Source: Candidatus Latescibacterota bacterium (GTDB lineage: Bacteria; Latescibacterota; UBA2968). From it: a DNA stretch of 64,000 bases. Positions 19,878-29,190 of this stretch are shown in pieces. The translations under genes were made by a program, and so were the position numbers. The stretch is taken from assembly GCA_965198115.1 (NCBI GenBank), contig OZ240241.1, positions 6,720,001 through 6,784,000 on the forward strand. Direction: 5' to 3'. The notes beneath the pieces are model-generated. The model did no database searches and had not been told where the DNA came from. It saw only the letters and a program-made list of their open reading frames with translations. Position 1 is the first letter of the stretch, and each line of letters opens with the position of its first letter.

Positions 19878-21431
19878 GTTCGCGAAGCCGAGTTGCTCAT
19901 CGAACTGCTCGAAGACGTTGTGAAAGACCTGGAAGCCCAGTCTGTTAAAAGCTCAGCAAAGGACCTGAAAGGCAAACTTAGAACGGATCTCTTAGCGAGC
20001 TACGTAAGACTTCGTGCACACCATTTCGCCCTTCTTGCGGAGGACATTGGAGGTAAAGCAACACAGACCAAGATCGACCAGATCGAGGAGAGGATTTCGG
20101 AACTCAAGGGTCTTCTCAGTGATGTGCAGGACGCATCAGAAGAATTGCCACCGGCTGATGTGGCAGGTCTTGGACCACGCAAGAATGAACTCAAGAGAGA
20201 ACGCGAAGCTCTGGTAGGAAAGCAGAAAGCAACGATTCCCTATGAAGCAGTCTCCGAGCTTGTGAAACACCGCGGCGGAGGACTGCAGGCCGACGTATTG
20301 TCTGAACCCGTCCTCGAGAGGTTCGAAGATCTTCGATCGATTTACTCAGATTCGATGTCCGTCGCGATTCTTCGGCAGGTCGTGATCGATCTCCAACTGT
20401 ATCGAGAGGAGGACCTCACTTCTCTCCGCAATGAATTGCGGCGGTTGCACCAGGATATCGACAACACCAACATCCAAGTTCTCATATCAAACGTTGGTAC
20501 ACATCGGCGATCGGTCCAGGCGAAGGCACAGAACCTGAACCTTCCACGTGTGGCCCTCAATCTGAGGGTCCGACAGATGATCGAGGGACTCGTAGGACTC
20601 TACCGAAGTTCAAGCACGAGCCTCAATGTGGACCGTCACTTTGGGCCGTGGGACGGGAACCGTTTCATCGGTGTGAGGATCTTCGAGAAAGATGCGTTTG
20701 TGAAATCGACCGCGGCCAGCTTGACACCCTTCGCGTTTCCGGGTGCAGGTCTTCATCTGTTGGCCAGCGCTTCGGTGGACAGCCTGCTCACGAAGGCTCA
20801 GGCGGATTCCGTTCGTGCGAGATTAGCGACGGCTTCTGATGTGGCGGCGGACGGATTCCGAATGGTGGCCAGCGGCGGATTCGAAGTCCACAAGCGGCAC
20901 CGCATCGGATTCGGAGGCGGGATCGTATTCGGGAATGCAGAACAGATCGAGTTTCAACTGGGCAACGTAGTTCCCGACACAATGATCCAGGACACGGAAT
21001 CCAGATTTGTTCCCATAAGAACTGACTCGAGCGGACCGGTGACGTCGCGGCAGGTCTTTGCCAAGGAAGGAAATCTGAACTTCATAATGTCCCTTACAGT
21101 TTACCTTCGTAAGCTGGACACGTTTCCAGGTGGGGGACCTGGAAACGGCTTGCTCGCGGGCGTGCCTCTCGCCGCTCCGACAAAGAACTTGCTCCTCGGC
21201 CTTACGTACGAGCCGGTTCCCGGTTTCCAGTTCATGGTAGGACGGCAATACGTTTCAGAGACGGATTTCGGCCGTCTCGAGTCCGAAGATGTGATTTTGC
21301 ATGACGCTCTCAAGGATCGTTTGACGCGCGCACTCGATACCAAGAAGAAAAACGGCTGGTTCCTGGGCATTGGCTTCGAACTGTCGGCATTCAATCGCAT
21401 CATTGGACGTGACAAGGTGCAGAAGCCCGCG

Positions 21432-21545
21432 CCAGAACCAGAGCCCGAGCCTGAACCAGAGCCCGAGCCTGAACCAGAGCCCGAGCCTGAACCAGAGCCA
21501 GAACCTGAGCCCGAGCCCGAACCCGAACCAGAGCCCGAACCTGAG
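21432..21545 (+). repeat. coding tandem repeat (Pro-Glu)x19
   Basis: CCN-GAR hexamers with a higher-order 18-bp unit CCAGAGCCCGAGCCTGAA repeated three times. Confidence 0.95.
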
Positions 21546-21852
21546 CCAGATCCGGACGCAGAGGCGGAGCTGGAAATGGATCCATAGCCAATCAAGAGTA
21601 TTCTGAGCGCGAATGAGGGCCTATCACTGTCAGGGATGGGCCCTCGTTTATTAGGTGTTCACGAATTGACTCAGGCGCACAAGCTGAACATCTTTCGCGT
21701 CGCTCTACCGATTGGGAATCGGGGATTTCGAACGGGGATCCTCTTGATGTTGGCAGGGCTGGTGTAGTTAGGGCGTTCCCAGACTCTCTGGCGGAGCCGG
21801 CCTTATTCGTAACCGATTTGGCTTGATTGACAAACGGAAACGTGGAGAACCC

Positions 21853-22941
21853 ATGAAGATTACGGATGTCATCGTGCACAACCTGACATACAAGACGAAA
21901 CATCCTTACGCCAACTCCTTCATGTACAACAGAAGCAGATCCACAGCCGTGATCGAGGTTCGAACGGATAACGGCCTCGTGGGTTGGGGCGAAGGAGGCG
22001 CGCCGAGTCCGGGCGACATTGAAGCGCACGCGCTCGGACGTAGCCCTTTCGATTATGAGGTGATCTACGATGGGCTCGCCTCGCGTGGTCGAAATGCCCG
22101 TTCAGCCTGTGGCGTGGAGATCGCACTGTGGGACTTGATGGGTAAGGCGCTCGAGAAACCGGTCTACGAGTTACTCGGGGGGGCGCGCAGGACCGAGGCG
22201 ACAGCCTACGCGAGTGGGCTTTTCAAGCTCGAGGGCGAAGACCACGTTCAGAGTCTCTATGACGAGGCGAGCCGCTACCGGGATATGGGTTTTCAAGCGG
22301 TGAAGATGAAGATCGGGTTTGGTCGAGACGTGGATGAGGCGATCGTCGCGTCCGTGCGGAAAGCGATCGGTCCGGACATCGAGCTGGCCGTGGACGCGAA
22401 CTGCCGTTACGACGTGGCAACGGCGATCGATGTGGGTCGAAGGATCGATCCCTATGACATGCTCTGGTACGAGGAGCCGATCGTGCCGCAGGATGTGGAC
22501 GGATATTGCCACATCAAACAGGCGTTACCGATGCGAATCGTGGGGGCCGAGGGTCTGGCCGGACTGCGCGCGTTTCGAGAGATCGTCCAACGCAGAGCCC
22601 TTCACGCCATCCAACCGGACATCAGCATCGCGGGTGGGTTTACGGAAGGACGACGCATCGGGGCCCTCGCTGCAGCCAACCACGTTCGCGTGATTCCACA
22701 CAATTGGGGCGGCATCGTCCGGCTGGCGGCAACGCTGCATTGGCTGGCGACACTCCCCGACGATCCTGTCGCGCTCAATCTCTTTCCGTCTTACCTGGAA
22801 TACGACATGACGGAGAACGGGATCCGTACCGATCTGTCGCCCACGACGTTCGACGCCGTAGATGGAATCGTGAAGATTCCGGATCGGCCGGGGCTGGGGG
22901 TGGAGGTGGATAGGGATGCGCTGGAGAGGCACGCGCGGTAG
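21853..22941 (+). CDS. mandelate racemase/muconate lactonizing enzyme family (galactarolactone cycloisomerase-like)
   Basis: GVEIALWDLMGK, KMKIG, VDAN, YEEP, QPD, PHNWG motifs. Confidence 0.9.
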   Translation: MKITDVIVHNLTYKTKHPYANSFMYNRSRSTAVIEVRTDNGLVGWGEGGAPSPGDIEAHALGRSPFDYEVIYDGLASRGRNARSACGVEIALWDLMGKALEKPVYELLGGARRTEATAYASGLFKLEGEDHVQSLYDEASRYRDMGFQAVKMKIGFGRDVDEAIVASVRKAIGPDIELAVDANCRYDVATAIDVGRRIDPYDMLWYEEPIVPQDVDGYCHIKQALPMRIVGAEGLAGLRAFREIVQRRALHAIQPDISIAGGFTEGRRIGALAAANHVRVIPHNWGGIVRLAATLHWLATLPDDPVALNLFPSYLEYDMTENGIRTDLSPTTFDAVDGIVKIPDRPGLGVEVDRDALERHAR

Positions 22942-22968
22942 TCAGCACATACTACTGATGCAGCAAGG

Positions 22969-23006
22969 ATTGTCATCCCGGCCAAGAAGCGTACCGGGGT
23001 GACAAT
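22969..23006. repeat. REP-like palindrome between the enolase paralogs
   Basis: ATTGTCATCCCGG-N12-CCGGGGTGACAAT. Confidence 0.55.
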
Positions 23007-23056
23007 TGGTTTTGTTCGGGGATTATGTTGGAGCACTCGTTTGAGGATACTCGGAC

Positions 23057-24151
23057 ATGAAAATCACTGACATCATTTTTCACGACCTCGATTACGAAGT
23101 GAAGCGGCGTTACCGGAACTGCTGCTCACCGTGGATCGGAAACCGTCCGGCTTCGATCGTCGAGGTGCTGACGGATAACGGGCTCGTTGGTTGGGGTGAG
23201 GGGGGAGGAGGTCTTTCGCCAGGGGAGATCGAGATGTACGCCCTCGGGCGGAGTCCGTTCGATTACGAGGTGATCTACGATGGGCTGAGTCGAGGGGGTC
23301 GACAGGGCAGCCGAGCGTGTGGTGTGGAGATCGCCCTTTGGGATCTCATGGGTAAAGCGTTGGACAAACCCGTACATCAACTGCTGGGAGGCGCCCGTAG
23401 AACGTCTGTGACGGCCTACGCGAGCGGGTTCTTTCAACTGGAAGGGCTCGACCACGTTCCGAGCGTGGTCGACGAGGCCAAACGCTGTCGGGATGCAGGA
23501 TTTCGCGCCCTCAAGCTCAGAATCGGCTTCGGACGTGAGATCGACGAGCAGCTCGTCGGATTGGTTCGCGAGGCGGTCGGAGACGATGTCGGGATCGCCG
23601 GAGACGTCAACCGGGGCTACGACGCCCCGACGGCCATCGACGTCGGGAGGCGCCTGGTTCAGTATGACCTTCTATGGTACGAGGAACCGATCGACGATGA
23701 TTTCGTCGACGGATACCTGGAGGTCAAGCAAGCCCTCCCGCTCCGCATCTCGGGAGCGGAGGGCCTGAGCGGGTTGCGGTCATTTCGCGAGATCATCCAG
23801 CGACGAGCCGTCGACGTGATCCAGCCCGACATCAGTCGAGCGGGTGGGTTTACCGAAGGACGGCGGATCAGCGCCCTGGCCTACGCGAATCACGTGGGAG
23901 TGATGCCGCACATGTTCGGTACCGTGGTTCGTCTGGCAGCGACGCTGCAATGGATCGCAACGTTGCCGGAGGATCCGGCCGGGCTTCACCCGCTACCGTG
24001 CTACCTGGAGCTGGATGTGATGGAAAACGGGCTGCGGACGGATCTATCGCCGACCGCGTTCGATCTACAGGACGGTGAGGTGATAATACCGGAGGGCCCG
24101 GGGCTGGGATTGGAAATCGATCGGGAGGCGCTGCGCCGGTTCGCGCGATGA
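23057..24151 (+). CDS. mandelate racemase/muconate lactonizing enzyme family (tandem paralog)
   Basis: Strong similarity to the upstream gene. KLRIG, GDVN, YEEP, QPD, PHMFG motifs. Confidence 0.9.
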   Translation: MKITDIIFHDLDYEVKRRYRNCCSPWIGNRPASIVEVLTDNGLVGWGEGGGGLSPGEIEMYALGRSPFDYEVIYDGLSRGGRQGSRACGVEIALWDLMGKALDKPVHQLLGGARRTSVTAYASGFFQLEGLDHVPSVVDEAKRCRDAGFRALKLRIGFGREIDEQLVGLVREAVGDDVGIAGDVNRGYDAPTAIDVGRRLVQYDLLWYEEPIDDDFVDGYLEVKQALPLRISGAEGLSGLRSFREIIQRRAVDVIQPDISRAGGFTEGRRISALAYANHVGVMPHMFGTVVRLAATLQWIATLPEDPAGLHPLPCYLELDVMENGLRTDLSPTAFDLQDGEVIIPEGPGLGLEIDREALRRFAR

Positions 24152-24155
24152 GGAA

Positions 24156-24590
24156 TCAGCTCGGCTGCTGCTTGAAGCTGTCGAGCTCGTGAACACCGGT
24201 CAGGGCTTCGCTGATCTTCTCGGCGGCGTCGACGAGCCGGACCAGCGTATCTAGCTTGATGGGTTTTTCGATCATGACATCCGCGCACATGGCCGTCTGT
24301 TCGGCAATGTCCTCCGGAAAGTGCCCGGAAATGACGGCGATCACGGCGTGCGGACACATGTTGCGGACCATGGAGAGGATGTCGAGGCCGCTCGCCCCGG
24401 GCATGCGGATGTCGAGCGTGATGAGGTCGTATTGCCCGTTGACGACCCTCCCCATGGCCTCTTCACCAGACCCGGCGATGTCCGGGTCGTTGATGCCACG
24501 AGTCTCCAGGACTTGGCAGAAGAAGTCGACGACGGCTTCATCGTCATCGACGATCAGAATCTTCATTCGATCCTCCGACAGGTCTGCCAT
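24156..24590 (-). CDS. single-domain response regulator
   Basis: KILIVDDD, DLITLDIRMPG, ISG, KP motifs. Confidence 0.88.
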   Translation of the reverse strand: MADLSEDRMKILIVDDDEAVVDFFCQVLETRGINDPDIAGSGEEAMGRVVNGQYDLITLDIRMPGASGLDILSMVRNMCPHAVIAVISGHFPEDIAEQTAMCADVMIEKPIKLDTLVRLVDAAEKISEALTGVHELDSFKQQPS

Positions 24591-26229
24591 CAAGCAACAG
24601 CATCGAGTGAGTACAGACGGAGTTGGGAGCCCGACGATCCGCCCGTGTGAATGGTGGTTTGGAAGGGTCTCTGATCGGAGCGCGTCCAGGGGATGTCCAA
24701 ACGCCCCGTGTTCGGTAAGATGCGTGGAAAATCCGACCCGGTGACGATCAACGCGACCCGAGCACATTTCGGAAATTCGTAAGCAATGTGGCCCAAGTCA
24801 ATCGTGATTCCGATCGACCCGCCAGGACGCAAGGCCTCTTTTTCTCGAATCCCTCGGCGTAGCAGCATCGAAAAGACCCCACGGTCAGACAGATTACGGC
24901 ACCGTCCGCCTGCTCGACACAGAGTTTGCCGATCAGGTCCGCGTTCTCGGCGGTCGAGGAAACGGTCAGGTCGAGTCGGATAGGGCCTGCGATGGCACAC
25001 GGTTCTGCCAAGGGGTCGCTCCTGAACAACAGGACGTCGTCTCGCGCGAGAATCGGTCGCTGGTCGATCGGGCCCCGTGGTTCCAGCCCCCAGTAGACGG
25101 GTCCGCCCAGTGTAGGGACGGGATTCGAGGGGTCGTTCTGCAACGAGATTTCATCGGGTCCTGAAGCACTCCGCAAGAGTCGGCCCCGTGACAGGTCGTA
25201 GGTGAGAGCCACGGCTTCTGGTGGGGGCCAATCGTCGAAAGACTCCCAGCGATTCCGGCCGAGGGAGAAAACCTTGACCGGCTTTTCCCGCGTCAACCCG
25301 TCATCGACGTCCCGTAGGTGCAGGTCTAAGAAGCGCAGCTCCTCGCCCCTGACGTCGAGGTCGGCGCGCGACCCGAATTCCCACTGACCGTAGTGCGTGC
25401 GGCCCGTCCGGGTGCTGTCGATGGTGGAATGTCCCCAGGGTCCGATGAGCAGGTGTTGATTCTGGCGAGCGGCGGGCGTCACGTCGTCCTGGCGTATGTT
25501 TGCGTAGGCGTTGAACTGCCCCCGCGTGAGGTGATCGAACCAGCCCCCCGCGTGGATACCGGGTATCGCTACGCGCTCGTGCAAGCCGGCCTGATCGATC
25601 TCGCGCCAGTATTCGTCGTCGACGTCGTGCTCCGTCCAGGTGCTCAGAATGGGCGTTTCGAATCCGACGTGGCGGGCGATCTCTTCCGAAGAGCTGAGGC
25701 CGTGGAGGGCCGTCCAGTCGACGTGGTCGAGGGGAGGCTGTGTCCGGGTGCTGGCGTGCGTAAGTGACCAGCGAATGGCATTTCCGAGTGCGAAGCAGCC
25801 ATCGTAGCGCAGCCAGTCTCGGAACCAGGACCCGGGAGCGACGGACGGTGCGATGCAGCGCAACGCCTCGTGACCACTGGCTGCCGCGGGGACCTGGACG
25901 ATGCCGAGGTAACTGCGGCCCCACATTCCGATTCGCCCGTTGCACCACGATTGATTCGCGATCCAGTCGAGGGTCGATTGACCGTCTCTGGCTTCGTCGA
26001 CCAGGGGCGTGAACGTTCCTTCCGAATCGAACTTGCCCCGGCAATCCTGGACGACGACGGCGTAGCCGCGGTGGGTGAAGCGTCGAGCGTTCGCCTGCTG
26101 CTTCGTCCGGTGGTAGGGCGTTCGGATGAGGATGACGGGATGAGGGCCGGGACCCGTCGGTCGGTAGACGTCGGTCGCCAGGCGAATGCTGTCATCGACA
26201 GGAACGAACTGACAGAGGGTAGGTGTCAC
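24590..26229 (-). pseudogene. CocE/NonD-family hydrolase, frameshifted near 24840
   Basis: LATDVYRP, RTPY, QDCRG, GRSYLG, GGWFD, IGPWGH motifs. The C-terminus (SDFPR) is in another frame. Confidence 0.85.
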
Positions 26230-26361
26230 ACGACTAAATTGTAGAGTGGATGTTCGAATGTCAAAACACGACGTGCGTGAATGCACGGGTACATAGACAC
26301 GCGTTGGTAGAACAGGGCGATTGGCGTATCTTTCAGACGCACCTTCGAATGAAAGCACAGA

Positions 26362-27182
26362 ATGCCCCGACTCTCCATTTCAAGTTGGACGCTCCACAGA
26401 CTTCTCGGAAGTACGTGGTATCATGAGGAGAATGGCAGCCTGACGAACAGGAACGACGAGACGCCCGAGCTGGTGCTGACCGACGTGCCACGCGCGGCAG
26501 CGGACCACGGGATCGAGACACTTGAGCTGTGCCATTTTCACTTTCCGAACGTGAATGACGACTATCTGCGCGAGGTCAAGCTTCCTTGGCAGAGGCCGGT
26601 GTCGATCTGTTCAGCGTCCTGATCGATACGGGGGACATCACGGGTGACGATGAGCGGGAGCGAGAGAGGGACGTGGCGCTGATCGAGCGATGGATGGAGC
26701 GGGCGTCGCATCTGGGCGCGAGCCACGTCCGGATCATTGCGGGGGACACACCGGCATCGAATGCCACGATCGGCCGGTCGGTCGAGACGTTGCGGAAACT
26801 CGCTGCCTATGGCGAATCCTTCGGTATCCGTGTGTTGACTGAGAATTTCAAGCAGCTCGGATCACGACCCGAGACGGTCAACGCCATTCTGGACGGGTGT
26901 GAGGGCCGCGTCGGTTTGTGCGCCGATTTTGGGAATTTCCCGAGAGAAACGCGTCTTGACGATTTGAGAGAGGTCATGCCGAGAGCCGATTCGATTCACG
27001 CCAAGGCGGACTATCCGAATGGGCAGATCGATGCCGCGGCGTTCGACGTGTGCCTCAGTGTGGCCGAAGATGCCGGGTTCGACGGACCTGTTTCGCTGAT
27101 CTACCAGGACGGGGATGATGTGTGGGAAAGGGTCGAGGAACTGGCCGAGCGTGTTGCGCCCTTCGTCGAGAGTGCCGTGTGA
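26362..27182 (+). pseudogene. sugar-phosphate isomerase/epimerase (xylose-isomerase-like TIM barrel), frameshift near 26581
   Basis: Two overlapping ORFs. LELCHFH, TENF, CADFGN, HAK motifs. Confidence 0.8.
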
Positions 27183-28750
27183 AAGAAGATCTGAAACACG
27201 AGTGCGGTCTGGCCGCCCTCTATTGGTTGGACGAACCCTACGTGGAGAACGGGGCGGCGCTGAAAGGTCTGGAGAGCGTGGCGGGTCTGATGCCGTCGAT
27301 GCTGCTCGATCTGCAGAATCGGGGACAGCTGGCGGCGGGGATGACGAGCTACGATCCAGATCGTACGCAGATTCTGCACACGTTCAAGGACGTCGGAACG
27401 GTGTCCGAAGTGTTCCGCATGTCGCACACGGGCAAACACGCTTCGATTCTGGAAGAGTACTCGGGACGGGCTGCGATCGGGCACACACGGTATGCGACGA
27501 GCGGGCAAGAGGACGATGTACGCTACGCCCAGCCGTTTGAACGTCAGCACGGCCGCGTGTGGAAATGGTTCTCGCTCGCGTTCAACGGCAATCTCGCGAA
27601 CTACACGCAACTTCGTGAACGTTTGCTGTCGAAGCGGGGTTACCACTTCACGCTGAACACGGACACGGAAATCATCATGCATACGCTCGCCTATCGATTG
27701 CGGGGTGAGCGGATGCCGAATCTGGCGAAGGTGATGGGTAGTCTGGCACGCGATTTCGACGGGGCGTTCAACATCACGTTTCTGGACGCGGCGGGGCGGA
27801 TGTTCGTGTCGCGAGATCCGAAAGGGTTTCGCCCACTGTGCTGGGCCGTACAAGGGCGGTTGTTCGGCGCGGCCAACGAGTCGACGGCCCTGTTGAACCT
27901 CGGTTTCAAGGAGATCCATCACCTGGAGCCCGGGGAGATGGCGATCGTCGAAGACGGACGATTGCGTATCGAGCGCTATGCCAGGGCCGAAAAGCCGTCA
28001 CGGTGCTTCTTCGAGTGGGTCTATTTTTCGAACGTGGCGAGCGAGATCGATGACCAGGGGGTCTACCAGTCGAGGGCGCGGGCCGGACGGATCCTGGCAG
28101 AGATGGAGGATGAGGATATCGGGGATGACTGTATCGTCGTGCCCGTGCCGGATACGGCGAAGGCGGCGGCCGATGCGTACGCTTTCCAGGTAGGTGCGCC
28201 GTGTATGGAAGGCGTGATCCGGAACCGCTACGTGGGGCGGACTTTCATCCAGCCGGTGAGTACTCGAGAGAAGAGTGCTAAAAGCAAGTACACGACGGTA
28301 CGTTCGCTGATGCAGGGTCAGCGGGTGTTTCTGGTCGAGGACTCGATCGTTCGCTCGCTGACGATGAAGACGTTGGTCGAGCAGATCAAGGAGAACGGGG
28401 TGGCCGCAGAAGTGCACTTGCGTGTCGCCTGCCCACCCATCGTGAGTCCCTGTTTTTACGGGATCAACATGTCGACGGTGGAGGAGTTGTTCGCGCCTCG
28501 ATTCAGCCCCGGGCGTTACAGGGGTGATCCGACGCAGAAAATGCTGAAGCAGATGGCACGATCGCTGAAGGTCGACAGTCTGAAGTATTTGCCTACGAGC
28601 GTACTGGGCGATAGCATCAACGTGGATCAGGAATCGCTCTGTCTAGGCTGTGTGACGGCGAAATATCCGACGTCGTGGGGGAACCGGATGTATCGGCGGG
28701 CGAAGGCTTTGGTTGGAGGTGAGAAGGTGGAGGAGGAAGTCAAAGTGTAG
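27179..28750 (+). CDS. purF: amidophosphoribosyltransferase
   Basis: Propeptide ...HE|CG, QNRGQ, GHTRYATSG, FNGN, CFFEWVYF, EDSIVRS, PCFYG, CLGC motifs. Confidence 0.95.
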   Translation: MKEDLKHECGLAALYWLDEPYVENGAALKGLESVAGLMPSMLLDLQNRGQLAAGMTSYDPDRTQILHTFKDVGTVSEVFRMSHTGKHASILEEYSGRAAIGHTRYATSGQEDDVRYAQPFERQHGRVWKWFSLAFNGNLANYTQLRERLLSKRGYHFTLNTDTEIIMHTLAYRLRGERMPNLAKVMGSLARDFDGAFNITFLDAAGRMFVSRDPKGFRPLCWAVQGRLFGAANESTALLNLGFKEIHHLEPGEMAIVEDGRLRIERYARAEKPSRCFFEWVYFSNVASEIDDQGVYQSRARAGRILAEMEDEDIGDDCIVVPVPDTAKAAADAYAFQVGAPCMEGVIRNRYVGRTFIQPVSTREKSAKSKYTTVRSLMQGQRVFLVEDSIVRSLTMKTLVEQIKENGVAAEVHLRVACPPIVSPCFYGINMSTVEELFAPRFSPGRYRGDPTQKMLKQMARSLKVDSLKYLPTSVLGDSINVDQESLCLGCVTAKYPTSWGNRMYRRAKALVGGEKVEEEVKV

Positions 28751-28923
28751 AACGCAAAATGCAAATTGAGACATTGTCGCCGCGTGATCGATTCAGGATC
28801 ACGCGGCATTTTTTTTGAAGTCCTACGAAAGATGGTTCCTTCCCTTTGGTTCCACGATGGGCCTTTCGCTCGCCCCCGTGCTGTGCACGGGGACAGACAT
28901 TCCGCCCTGCGCGCTTCACTACC

Positions 28924-29190
28924 TCACCTTAAAGATGCGGTGTGCGCCAACGCCTCCTCCGGTGACCCCTCGAACAGGACGATCCGCCCACGCCGCGCCA
29001 CTGATTCCCCCCTGGCCAACGGTCCGACGCGAACCGAGAGGTGCATGCAATCCCAAGGGTTATGTCCCTGAGCGGAGATGAAATCGTCCCACGCGATGGC
29101 GGCGACCCAACGATCGTCGGAGGATTGACGAATCAACGCGCCTTGGGTCGCATTTGATGGGGCGGTGGGCCATTTGTGGGAGAAGACGTA
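28924..29190 (-). pseudogene. 3' remnant of a hypothetical gene
   Basis: Protein-like C-terminus (AIAWDDFISAQGHNPWDCMHLSVRVG...RGRIVLF) with no plausible start, abutting a plus-strand fragment. Confidence 0.5.

Larger units (their letters stand above)
17585..21587 (+). pseudogene. large secreted/outer-membrane hypothetical protein (~872 aa) split by IS256
   Basis: 17585-18501 joins in frame to 19886-21587 (...KKVEVRE|AELLIELL...) across the GTTCGCGA duplication. Confidence 0.8.

Noticed and set aside
21101-21595. Minus-strand (GS)n ORF and the tandem repeat as a possible CRISPR array
   Set aside because: It is the antisense reading of the Pro-Glu repeat. There are no spacers or cas genes.
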